A stretch of DNA of 64,000 nucleotides, taken from sequence record OP795442, one strand, 5' to 3'. The DNA is from Escherichia phage A7_1. Made by a program: the position numbers and the translations under genes. The notes under the pieces were generated by a model that was not told where the DNA came from, made no database searches, and saw only the letters and a list, made by a program, of their open reading frames with translations. Shown in pieces: positions 48,627-55,922 of the stretch (positions are counted from its first letter, which is position 1; each line of letters begins with the position of its first letter).

Positions 48627-49343
48627 TTATTTGTTGTATTGATAAATTGCTTCAGCTAAGCCCCGTGGGGTTAGTGACCGGATCATCTTAGTTCTTGCTG
48701 ACTTACCTCCTAACTTATTCTGCTGATCTGACCAACCAGGTGCAACAGGAACCGGAGAGGTTTTTGGAATTATAAACCCATTTCCTGTCCAAAGTCCAGT
48801 CTTTTTCGGATAAGCATCCCTTGGTTTAATGTATTGAGGAAAATAAGGGTTAACATCATTTACCGGAAGGTAACCGCCATATTCCCAAGGGTTAAAATAT
48901 ACAGTAGGTTTTCGCCATTGTCCAGCTAAAACACTTACTGGGTTTTCAATCATATACGGACAATCGAAAACAAATTCAGCAAGCCAAGCTGCAATCTTCG
49001 CAGTTCTTACCGCCTTGACCTGGAAGAAAGGATCTTTTGCTTTCTTCGATGCAAAGTGACGAGAACCACTAACAGCCATATCGGTACATGGAGGATAGGC
49101 AAGGATCAGGTCCGGCGCAGGCAATCCTAAGTTCTCTACATTCTCCATCCATTCAATATCGATAAAGGCGTTAACGTAAGTGATGTTGGGATGAATTTCC
49201 TTTACGCCTTCATAATCCCCGTGATCAGCATCGTCATAGTTGAAGCAGTAGCATTTGTGCCCTGCCTTCGCCCAGGGAAGAACATCAATCCCTGAACCAG
49301 AAAAGAGACTCCAGATAATCTTTTTATTCATCGTAGCATCCAA
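48627..49343 (-). CDS. C5-methyltransferase-like protein (minimal catalytic core, no obvious target-recognition domain)
   Basis: 238 aa; motif I LFSGSG (F.G.G), motif IV PPCTDMAVSG (catalytic Pro-Cys), motif VI IENP (ENV-like), QWR after it; order matches the C5-MTase catalytic domain. Confidence 0.55.
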   Translation of the reverse strand: MDATMNKKIIWSLFSGSGIDVLPWAKAGHKCYCFNYDDADHGDYEGVKEIHPNITYVNAFIDIEWMENVENLGLPAPDLILAYPPCTDMAVSGSRHFASKKAKDPFFQVKAVRTAKIAAWLAEFVFDCPYMIENPVSVLAGQWRKPTVYFNPWEYGGYLPVNDVNPYFPQYIKPRDAYPKKTGLWTGNGFIIPKTSPVPVAPGWSDQQNKLGGKSARTKMIRSLTPRGLAEAIYQYNK

Positions 49344-49636
49344 ATAGTGGTTAATTTACAAATACACCAGAAAATCCCGATCAGTGTAGCCAGAGTAATA
49401 ACACAAGTCAATACTATAGGTAAGAATATCGTCATAATCACTGCAAAAACTGAAATACCTATGCTTGCAATAAGATCCGGCACGAAATAGTGAAATGGAT
49501 CTCTTGCCTTTTTAATGTTGTCCCATGTTATTACTACGGAGCTAAGGACGAGCCAGAATAAAAAGTACAAAATGCAAGGAAATAAAGTCATGTGTGACTT
49601 AACCATATCAAACCACATGTTGTAGAATTCAATCAT
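49328..49636 (-). CDS. small membrane protein
   Basis: 102 aa, three hydrophobic segments. Confidence 0.45.
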   Translation of the reverse strand: MIEFYNMWFDMVKSHMTLFPCILYFLFWLVLSSVVITWDNIKKARDPFHYFVPDLIASIGISVFAVIMTIFLPIVLTCVITLATLIGIFWCICKLTTIWMLR

Positions 49637-49956
49637 TCAGTTTTCCTCGGTACAGATGCAATAACAGCCTTTTCGACGAGACATACAATAAATCTCCCAA
49701 TCCCTGCCAAAAGGAGAGCAAAGACTGTAAAAGGCAACCCATAAATAAGAACCAAAATCATCAATCCAAAACAAGCGGAAAACAGGACTTCTGTGCCTAG
49801 CCACATTTTGGAGTAATTGATATAATTATGCCGCAATTTTAAAAACAGTCCAGCAATAGAGCCTACAGAAAATATACCAATCAACCAAGGTGCAGTTACA
49901 AATGAACGACTGAACCCTTCCCAAAAAACAAAAACATTAATGATTGCTTCGATCAT
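49633..49956 (-). CDS. small membrane protein
   Basis: 107 aa, hydrophobic throughout; ATGA overlaps on both sides. Confidence 0.45.
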   Translation of the reverse strand: MIEAIINVFVFWEGFSRSFVTAPWLIGIFSVGSIAGLFLKLRHNYINYSKMWLGTEVLFSACFGLMILVLIYGLPFTVFALLLAGIGRFIVCLVEKAVIASVPRKTE

Positions 49957-50207
49957 AAACCATACCTCGCTTCATATAAGAATTCATCAAGATCTTTACT
50001 GTCGTCGGAACCTTCTACTGTCAACGGCATCAGGTGTTCTTTGAAATAATAGCAAAGATTGCCGGAACTCGTTTCCACTAAACATGTGGTTTTGCAAACC
50101 ATCTTAACTTTCACCGATAGTCCCGCATCTTCATGGCTGTGGACCATTGCAAGACAACCATCATAAAGCTTATCCTCGTAAGGTAAGCAAGGATCTGGAT
50201 TTTTCAT
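49953..50207 (-). CDS. hypothetical Cys-containing protein
   Basis: 84 aa with several Cys residues. Confidence 0.45.
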   Translation of the reverse strand: MKNPDPCLPYEDKLYDGCLAMVHSHEDAGLSVKVKMVCKTTCLVETSSGNLCYYFKEHLMPLTVEGSDDSKDLDEFLYEARYGL

Positions 50208-50500
50208 CGTGAACTTTCCTCCTCCGCATGTTTACGCACCCATTCTACACGGGACGCGTTCAGGTGTTTGTTATCGTCGTAGTGATACGCTTTCCAACCT
50301 TCGTCGAAAGGGAACTCCCAGTTCAGTCCGGCATCGGTAAACTGTTGCTGCATCTCTTTGAGTAACTTATAGTCACACTCTGAAAACTCTTCCAGTGCGT
50401 TACACAGACCGCAGGTCCGATCAAACGTCTCGGAGTGTGGTGCACCAGCGTCAAGCCACTCAGCATAGGCTTTATAGAATGCTTTAAGTTGCTCGCTCAT
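50204..50500 (-). CDS. hypothetical protein (paralog of 40123-40500)
   Basis: 98 aa; shares WLDAGAP...CGLCNAL...FTDAGLNWEFPFDEG with ORF 40123-40500. Confidence 0.5.
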   Translation of the reverse strand: MSEQLKAFYKAYAEWLDAGAPHSETFDRTCGLCNALEEFSECDYKLLKEMQQQFTDAGLNWEFPFDEGWKAYHYDDNKHLNASRVEWVRKHAEEESSR

Positions 50501-50896
50501 TTATTTATCCTCTGCATATGCAATCTTAGTCATGTAGTCAATACAATCATATTGAACATTGTGGCTATTAAAAACAGCCTTGTCTTTGTAAATAACTTGC
50601 CAATAATCAATGCTTTCAATTTCGGAAAGGTATGCAACACACTCCCCTTTTGGATTAATAAGTTCAACTCGATCAGTTTCTCGTAATTTCCAACCAGTAG
50701 GTAACTGAACAGCTTGTTCCTTAAAAATCACAATATCGTCACGGTGACCAGTTGCCCTTTTAAATGCCCGCAGTAATTCTTTGTATTCACGATATTTCAC
50801 ATAAAGGCCGTCCTCTGATTTTTCCATACGGGCTTCATTGATATTGCAATTACCATCCATATCTCCAACCAGGTCGTAACGATATACAGGTTTCAT
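50501..50896 (-). CDS. hypothetical protein
   Basis: 131 aa ORF immediately following the upstream stop. Confidence 0.5.
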   Translation of the reverse strand: MKPVYRYDLVGDMDGNCNINEARMEKSEDGLYVKYREYKELLRAFKRATGHRDDIVIFKEQAVQLPTGWKLRETDRVELINPKGECVAYLSEIESIDYWQVIYKDKAVFNSHNVQYDCIDYMTKIAYAEDK

Positions 50897-51105
50897 TTTT
50901 TAACTTTCTCCTTTTTCTCAGGTTTTACATCGCAAACTTTTTGTTGATAACTGATCGGTGTTACATAGCGCCACGTCTTTTTAAGGTTCTCAACGAGGAT
51001 TCGCATTTGTTCCTCATCAGCACCCCAGCCTGCGGTATGTGCTATTTCATCAACACTCATCTGGCATTTAACGTACCATCTTGTAATTGTCTTCGATTGT
51101 ATCAT
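50893..51105 (-). CDS. hypothetical small protein
   Basis: 70 aa; Lys-rich C-terminus. Confidence 0.4.
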   Translation of the reverse strand: MIQSKTITRWYVKCQMSVDEIAHTAGWGADEEQMRILVENLKKTWRYVTPISYQQKVCDVKPEKKEKVKK

Positions 51106-51132
51106 TATCGTTTCCTTAAGGTCAAGAGATTT

Positions 51133-51429
51133 TTATTTAATACCTAATTCTTTTGCACTGTAAATATCATTACCTTCATAGCCTTTGTAGTAGATCAGGA
51201 TATCTTTGACAATCTCTCCCGTCGGTCCGCTCCGGCGAGTACGTGGTCGCTGTGCATTGACCAAATAAACTTCACCACGAGTATTTATTTTTGTTGTACG
51301 ATGGCCTTCGACAAAGGTCAAAGTTGTATATGCAGGAACCTTAACAAGAACTTCTACCTGGTCACCAGCAGTATTCTGTTGTTCATTTGCCATATCGTCT
51401 TTAACAACAGTCGTCATAAGTTTGGTCAT
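51133..51429 (-). CDS. hypothetical protein
   Basis: 98 aa ORF; no motif recognised. Confidence 0.45.
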   Translation of the reverse strand: MTKLMTTVVKDDMANEQQNTAGDQVEVLVKVPAYTTLTFVEGHRTTKINTRGEVYLVNAQRPRTRRSGPTGEIVKDILIYYKGYEGNDIYSAKELGIK

Positions 51430-51431
51430 TT

Positions 51432-51695
51432 TTATTCTCCTTTGTTCAATGTGGATACGAATTCGATATAAGATTCTGCATTTCGTTTATGATAAATCTG
51501 AGGATAGCTGTCGGTTACTTTGCCGTATTTGATGTATCGCTCAAGCATACCGACAACACCACCAATGGAATGCACAACAACGCCTTCTTCACCGACAAAG
51601 GTAACCACTTCTACGAATGGACTGTTATCATAAGAACGATTTACAATCAGATCGCCGACTTCAAATTCGATTTTATCATTTTGTGAGTAGTGCAT
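51432..51695 (-). CDS. hypothetical protein
   Basis: 87 aa, first gene downstream of the terminator at 51754-51782. Confidence 0.45.
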   Translation of the reverse strand: MHYSQNDKIEFEVGDLIVNRSYDNSPFVEVVTFVGEEGVVVHSIGGVVGMLERYIKYGKVTDSYPQIYHKRNAESYIEFVSTLNKGE

Positions 51696-51753
51696 TTGTT
51701 TCTCCTTTCTGTTTGGTATGGGAGAAGTATAGGGGAGTTTAGGAGGGGTGTCA

Positions 51754-51782
51754 ATAGAAAAACCGCCCGAAGGCGGTTTATT
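51754..51782 (-). terminator. rho-independent terminator after primase-helicase (minus strand)
   Basis: Minus strand reads AAACCGCC-TTCG-GGCGGTTT followed by TTCTATT; downstream of the stop at 51793. Confidence 0.65.
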
Positions 51783-51792
51783 TTGAAAAATA

Positions 51793-52902
51793 TCAGAAAG
51801 GTGCTTCGTCGTCGAAATCTACATCTTCAACTTCCGGTACATCAGGAATGTCACCTGCGGATTCAACGATACTCTGTTGTTCCCACGTAGGTTCCTCTGA
51901 AGGTTGGTCCATTTCTTCCATAACCTTCTTGATCTCTTCCTCTTGCTCACGTAGGAAGTTATCATCCGGCTCAGGAATATCTTCCTCTTTAATATCTGAA
52001 CGAGTGAGATCACTGTTTTGTTCAGACAAAGGTTGAATCTCTGCGGCCTTAGGTTTGAAATCTGGAGAACGATGATCATCTTCTGGATGAGCGGCATACC
52101 ACTCACGAAGAGTTTCATAAGGACTCTCTAGGAAGCCCTCTGGCGGTTCCAGATAATCACCTGTATCAATGTCATAGAACACAGGGAATTTACCAGCACG
52201 ACCGTGTTTACGGTCATCCAGGATAACAAAGTAAGAAGTGTTACGTTGTTTCATCGGAAGCTCTGGATCTTTGTTACGTTCAATACCCCACATATAGTAA
52301 GTGTTTCGCATCATTGCACGGCTACCAGCAAACTGCGCCGACTGGACTTGACCACCAAATTCATGAGGCTTACCAGATTCAGGCTTGTTAAGGTGACAGA
52401 AGCAATAATAAGTAAAGCCAAGCTCTTTTGCCAGTTTGGAGATCTCATCCGAGAATCGTTCCAGTTCCTGGTTAGCTTCAGAAGCACTCATACCTTGCAC
52501 AAGACGAGTGATCGGGTCAATAAAGATATCTTCACAACCTTCTACGATCACTGCGTGACGGATAGCACCTTTCAGTTCATCCCATACTGCACGACCATAG
52601 TTGTTATAATAGATAACACTATCACCAACTTCATCAGTAGCTTTGATCAGTTCTTCTTGCTTAAAGTAGCCACGTTGACCTTCAAATACTTCATTACCCC
52701 AAATGTCACGGAAAGTTCCATCTTCTTGAGGAATCATTACCTTTTCTGCGTTAACAAAGTCTTTATGATAACGCTTACCTGCGATCTTCTTACAAGTGAT
52801 CTCGTTCTCTTCTTCAAACTTAAACACCGCAGCTTTTGACTTCTCAATACCCGTGATGTGTTCAACCATTTGGTTAAGAAGTTCAGACTTGCCCATTTTC
52901 AC
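51793..52902 (-). CDS. primase-helicase, 3' exon (gp4 / DnaB-like helicase domain; proposed exon starts near 52899)
   Basis: Begins (V)KMGKSELL, the second half of a Walker A; CHLNKPESGKPHEFGG resembles T7 gp4 CHLKNPDKGKAHEEG; acidic tail ...VDFDDEAPF. The annotated GTG start is probably intron sequence. Confidence 0.75.
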   Translation of the reverse strand: MKMGKSELLNQMVEHITGIEKSKAAVFKFEEENEITCKKIAGKRYHKDFVNAEKVMIPQEDGTFRDIWGNEVFEGQRGYFKQEELIKATDEVGDSVIYYNNYGRAVWDELKGAIRHAVIVEGCEDIFIDPITRLVQGMSASEANQELERFSDEISKLAKELGFTYYCFCHLNKPESGKPHEFGGQVQSAQFAGSRAMMRNTYYMWGIERNKDPELPMKQRNTSYFVILDDRKHGRAGKFPVFYDIDTGDYLEPPEGFLESPYETLREWYAAHPEDDHRSPDFKPKAAEIQPLSEQNSDLTRSDIKEEDIPEPDDNFLREQEEEIKKVMEEMDQPSEEPTWEQQSIVESAGDIPDVPEVEDVDFDDEAPF

Positions 52903-53652
52903 CGTTATGTTCGACAGGGTTCGCTACTCCCTGCCCGTTCTCTTACGAACTGCTACATGTCCCCATGCAGACCAGACTATATCTTCAACCTGTTTCCAGG
53001 TGCTATGCACTTCGGACCGCTTGGTCCTACTCTACTCGATTCAAGAGTCTAGCTCTTGTCTTTCGATAGTCGTTGCTCCTTCCTCTCAACCGCTTTGTAA
53101 TTTGTCTTACGGTATCTCTGTGTATCCCAAAATGCTCTGCAATTTCTTTTTGTTGAAGCGTGGTATTAATAACCATTTCGTAAACCTGCTTCTCAAAATC
53201 ATCAGCATATCTATTTGGATTTCTTCTACCGTTGGCCCAACCATGATCGACATTTTCTTTCGTGGTTGTCCATTCCAAATTAACATCGTTGTTGTTTTGC
53301 CTGTCGCTATCTTTATGATTAACAACAGGAAGGTTATGAGGGTTATCAACGTAGTGTTCAGCCACCAATTGGTGAATAAATCTACGTGTAACCTTACCAT
53401 CTTTACTTAACGAAACTCTAAGATACCCTGAACTATTGGTATCCGGTTTGAGTTTTTTAAGCTTCCGGTAAACATCTCCCCTTCGGGTAATGATGTAATT
53501 TTCAAAACCTTTTATTCTTTTCATTTCCCCCTCCTTGCAATAAACAAAGAGGTTGAGAGGCTTGGATCAGGATTACGTGTTCTACGCTTCCCCTGAGTTC
53601 ACATAGTATTTAGTCGAGGCATCTCTGCCAAGGCTGGCTAGACTTAATGTTT
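52900..53652 (-). mobile_element. putative self-splicing (group I-type) intron carrying an HNH homing endonuclease gene
   Basis: Insert between ...GAG (exon ends in U) and KMGKS (preceded by G). Candidate P1: exon GCUGGU pairs with intron GCCAGC 15 nt in. Intron has GACTAAAT and AAGATATAGTC elements. Boundaries approximate. Confidence 0.5.
53027..53524 (-). CDS. HNH homing endonuclease (intron-encoded)
   Basis: 165 aa; N-terminal GFENYIITRRGDVY (NUMOD4-like), HNH core HQLVAEHYV...NHKD...NLEWTTTKEN, C-terminal helix-turn-helix-like segment; own RBS AAGGAGGGGG. Confidence 0.8.
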   Translation of the reverse strand: MKRIKGFENYIITRRGDVYRKLKKLKPDTNSSGYLRVSLSKDGKVTRRFIHQLVAEHYVDNPHNLPVVNHKDSDRQNNNDVNLEWTTTKENVDHGWANGRRNPNRYADDFEKQVYEMVINTTLQQKEIAEHFGIHRDTVRQITKRLRGRSNDYRKTRARLLNRVE

Positions 53653-54588
53653 ACCAGCACCGATGAAGTAACCTTCACCTGGACGACGACCCAAGGTAAG
53701 CTTGGTCATGGTGGGCCAAGGGAACTTCTTGCCGAGTTTAGGGATCTCATGTGCCTTTTCGCGGAACTGTGAATAAGTCGAGAAACCATCCGGCACATAT
53801 TCCTTTGGCTTCATTGCAGCCCAAAACAACTGATCAGAAAGTCCTTTGTTATACATGTCGCAAGGGTCCATATCTTCTGGAATGTCCACGACCTTCATTT
53901 GTGGAATTACAGAGTATACCGCTGCAACTGCATCTTTACCTTTCATGATCCCTTTGGCCTTCTCTGCTTCTGTCGCACGGTCAGCATCGAAAGCTACGAT
54001 AATCTCTTCAAACTTACTCAGAAGCTTATAGTTATTCTTCTGTGATAAGTTTTGCACGGCATTGGATGTACCGTTAGAGATAGATACAACTGTGAAGTTT
54101 GGTTTACGAGTGGAACCATCCTTCGGTTTGTACTTCTCTGTCAATACCTGCCACAAGATTGCAGCATCGTATTCACCTTCAGTGATAAAGATCATACGTT
54201 TGGAAGACTTGTTTGCACCTTCCAGACCAAACATATCACAGGCTACAGATTGGAAACCGATAGTTGTAAAGTGCCCTTTCTGTTGCTTAGGGATCGTAAG
54301 ATCACGCTTTTTAAAACCTACAACCTTACCTTCCAATGTGTACGGAAAATAATGTGCTTCTGGAGTCATACCGTCTTTAGCTGACAACTTGGTACGAATA
54401 CCAAATCGTTTAGCTGTCTTTTCGTCGATACCACGCTCAGGGATACTTTTACACGGGTAAGTCAATACATCTTCAACTGTTTCTTCCACACGAGACACAC
54501 CACCACCATAATTACGTGCTACTGAAGCTTTAGGATTTTTATGTCCGAACTTATAACCGCCAAACAAACTTTCGCCAATAGTGCTCAT
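53644..54588 (-). CDS. primase-helicase, 5' exon (TOPRIM primase domain; proposed exon ends near 53653)
   Basis: TOPRIM motifs IFITEGEYDA and VAFDADRAT; C-terminus LTLGRRPGEGYFIGAG parallels the segment preceding the T7 gp4 Walker A; ORF stops 3 codons later (KH*) inside the insert. Confidence 0.75.
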   Translation of the reverse strand: MSTIGESLFGGYKFGHKNPKASVARNYGGGVSRVEETVEDVLTYPCKSIPERGIDEKTAKRFGIRTKLSAKDGMTPEAHYFPYTLEGKVVGFKKRDLTIPKQQKGHFTTIGFQSVACDMFGLEGANKSSKRMIFITEGEYDAAILWQVLTEKYKPKDGSTRKPNFTVVSISNGTSNAVQNLSQKNNYKLLSKFEEIIVAFDADRATEAEKAKGIMKGKDAVAAVYSVIPQMKVVDIPEDMDPCDMYNKGLSDQLFWAAMKPKEYVPDGFSTYSQFREKAHEIPKLGKKFPWPTMTKLTLGRRPGEGYFIGAGKH

Positions 54589-54746
54589 TACTGCTCCTTG
54601 ATCATCGTCGCCAAATAAATAGTGTTACCGTTTGAATTAATACCTGTTGTTACAGAACCCATCAATTTATAACCGTAATCGTAATATTCTACAATACGCC
54701 TTTCAAGAGATAGTGTATTTGTATAAGTCAGGATCTTAACGTCCAT
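54588..54746 (-). CDS. small hypothetical protein (52 aa, not in ORF track)
   Basis: ATG overlaps the upstream stop and its TAA overlaps the primase ATG (TAATG); carries AAGGAG for the primase within its 3' end. Confidence 0.3.
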   Translation of the reverse strand: MDVKILTYTNTLSLERRIVEYYDYGYKLMGSVTTGINSNGNTIYLATMIKEQ

Positions 54747-55021
54747 CAAAAACCTCCAGTTTCTTCATTAAATGCCTGACTTACTTGTGCATCACGGACA
54801 CGTTCTTCAATACAACGATACACCACTTCATAAGGGATATCAAGAGCAATTTCTTCACCATCTTCATAAACAGTGATTGAAAAAATATCTAAGTAATCTT
54901 CGGCATCCCAATCTGATTCTGCATCTGGAATACCCTTGTACATAATAACCTCGGCCTCAACTACTACCTCTTTACCGATCGCTTTATGAAAATGTGTGAA
55001 TTCGAAGTTTACTGTACGCAT
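54746..55021 (-). CDS. hypothetical acidic protein
   Basis: 91 aa ORF; Asp/Glu-rich. Confidence 0.45.
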   Translation of the reverse strand: MRTVNFEFTHFHKAIGKEVVVEAEVIMYKGIPDAESDWDAEDYLDIFSITVYEDGEEIALDIPYEVVYRCIEERVRDAQVSQAFNEETGGF

Positions 55022-55057
55022 TTTATTTTCTCCTGATAATTTATATTTATTTACTGC

Positions 55058-55249
55058 TTACTTTTTGGAAATGATATGTTCTTCACGAACTTGAAGCTTA
55101 GTGCCATCTGTCATCTCGACAAGGTAGGCATTGCAAAGAATGTATTCTTGCAGCATCAAGATCTTACCATCACCTTTCTTACCGTACTTTTCGCCAACTT
55201 GATCGAAGCTCACATCATCATTGATTGCATATTTGAACACATTATTCAT
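55058..55249 (-). CDS. hypothetical small protein
   Basis: 63 aa; start overlaps the upstream stop. Confidence 0.4.
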   Translation of the reverse strand: MNNVFKYAINDDVSFDQVGEKYGKKGDGKILMLQEYILCNAYLVEMTDGTKLQVREEHIISKK

Positions 55250-55677
55250 GCGTATTCAACCTCACTGATCATTTCAAAGCCGTCATTTTGGATTAATGTT
55301 TTAACAAAGCCAATATTACCTTCTTCTATGTTTCGATGCAACCACATATAACCTTCAGCACAGTAAACATTAACACCGTAGCCTAGTTTAGCTGCCCGTT
55401 CAAAATCACCGCTTTCTTTCTTAACCAAACAACGAACCGTCTTTTTCATTAGTCTTTCCCCCTTATGATCAGGAACAACGTGTTTATTGATTACTTTAAC
55501 AATACGTTCCCGTAATTGTTGTGTATGCCCATATTTTGAAAAAGTCCCCATGATCTCACCAATATGCTTACTGAATAGGTGAGGTGGGATTTTTAACTTT
55601 CCGAGTTGATCCATATCATTCCTCAATAATCTCAAGTTTACCGTTGATAGTGTACAACGTAGTTGCTTTATCTTCAA
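55246..55677 (-). CDS. hypothetical protein
   Basis: 143 aa; basic helical N-terminal half, possible DNA-binding regulator (weak). Confidence 0.5.
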   Translation of the reverse strand: MKIKQLRCTLSTVNLRLLRNDMDQLGKLKIPPHLFSKHIGEIMGTFSKYGHTQQLRERIVKVINKHVVPDHKGERLMKKTVRCLVKKESGDFERAAKLGYGVNVYCAEGYMWLHRNIEEGNIGFVKTLIQNDGFEMISEVEYA

Positions 55678-55840
55678 TGGCTTTTAAAGCCTGAATGACA
55701 GAATCATAAAACTGTTCAGATTCCTTAACTTCTTGTTTGCACTTCTGGATATGATCAGCACTAATGTCGCGAAGACTCAGCAGTTGTGCACGGTTCAGTA
55801 CAGATAGGTCTACAGAAAAATCATCAACTTTAAAACTCAT
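55616..55840 (-). CDS. hypothetical small protein
   Basis: 74 aa; AAGGAG RBS after the terminator at 55886-55916. Confidence 0.45.
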   Translation of the reverse strand: MSFKVDDFSVDLSVLNRAQLLSLRDISADHIQKCKQEVKESEQFYDSVIQALKAIEDKATTLYTINGKLEIIEE

Positions 55841-55885
55841 CTCTAATCTCCTTGTTTGTGTTCAGTTACTTTATCATTTTAAGAT

Positions 55886-55916
55886 AAAGATGCAACAAGT
55901 TTATTGCATCTTTTTG
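55886..55916 (-). terminator. rho-independent terminator after helicase gene (minus strand)
   Basis: GATGCAA / TTGCATC 7-bp inverted repeat with T-rich flank on the minus strand (and TTTTTG on plus); located just past the stop at 55923. Confidence 0.5.
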
Positions 55917-55922
55917 AATTAT

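Noticed and set aside
52974-52985. Intron encoded on the plus strand (plus-strand AGACTATATCTT resembles a group I R-type element)
   Set aside because: The interrupted gene and the HNH ORF are on the minus strand, and the P1 pairing and U/G splice-site nucleotides only work in minus orientation; the plus-strand resemblance follows from R/S complementarity.
52204-53410. Plus-strand ORFs 52204-52839 and 52796-53410 (about 200 aa each)
   Set aside because: Antisense to the helicase exon and the HNH endonuclease gene; low-complexity hydrophobic translations, opposite to the orientation of the whole replication module.
53607-53619. Treating the GACTAAAT element as a confirmed group I R (P7) strand
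   Set aside because: It lies only about 35 nt downstream of the proposed 5' splice site, too close for a canonical P1-P6 arrangement; it is kept as supporting evidence only, and the intron fold is regarded as unresolved.
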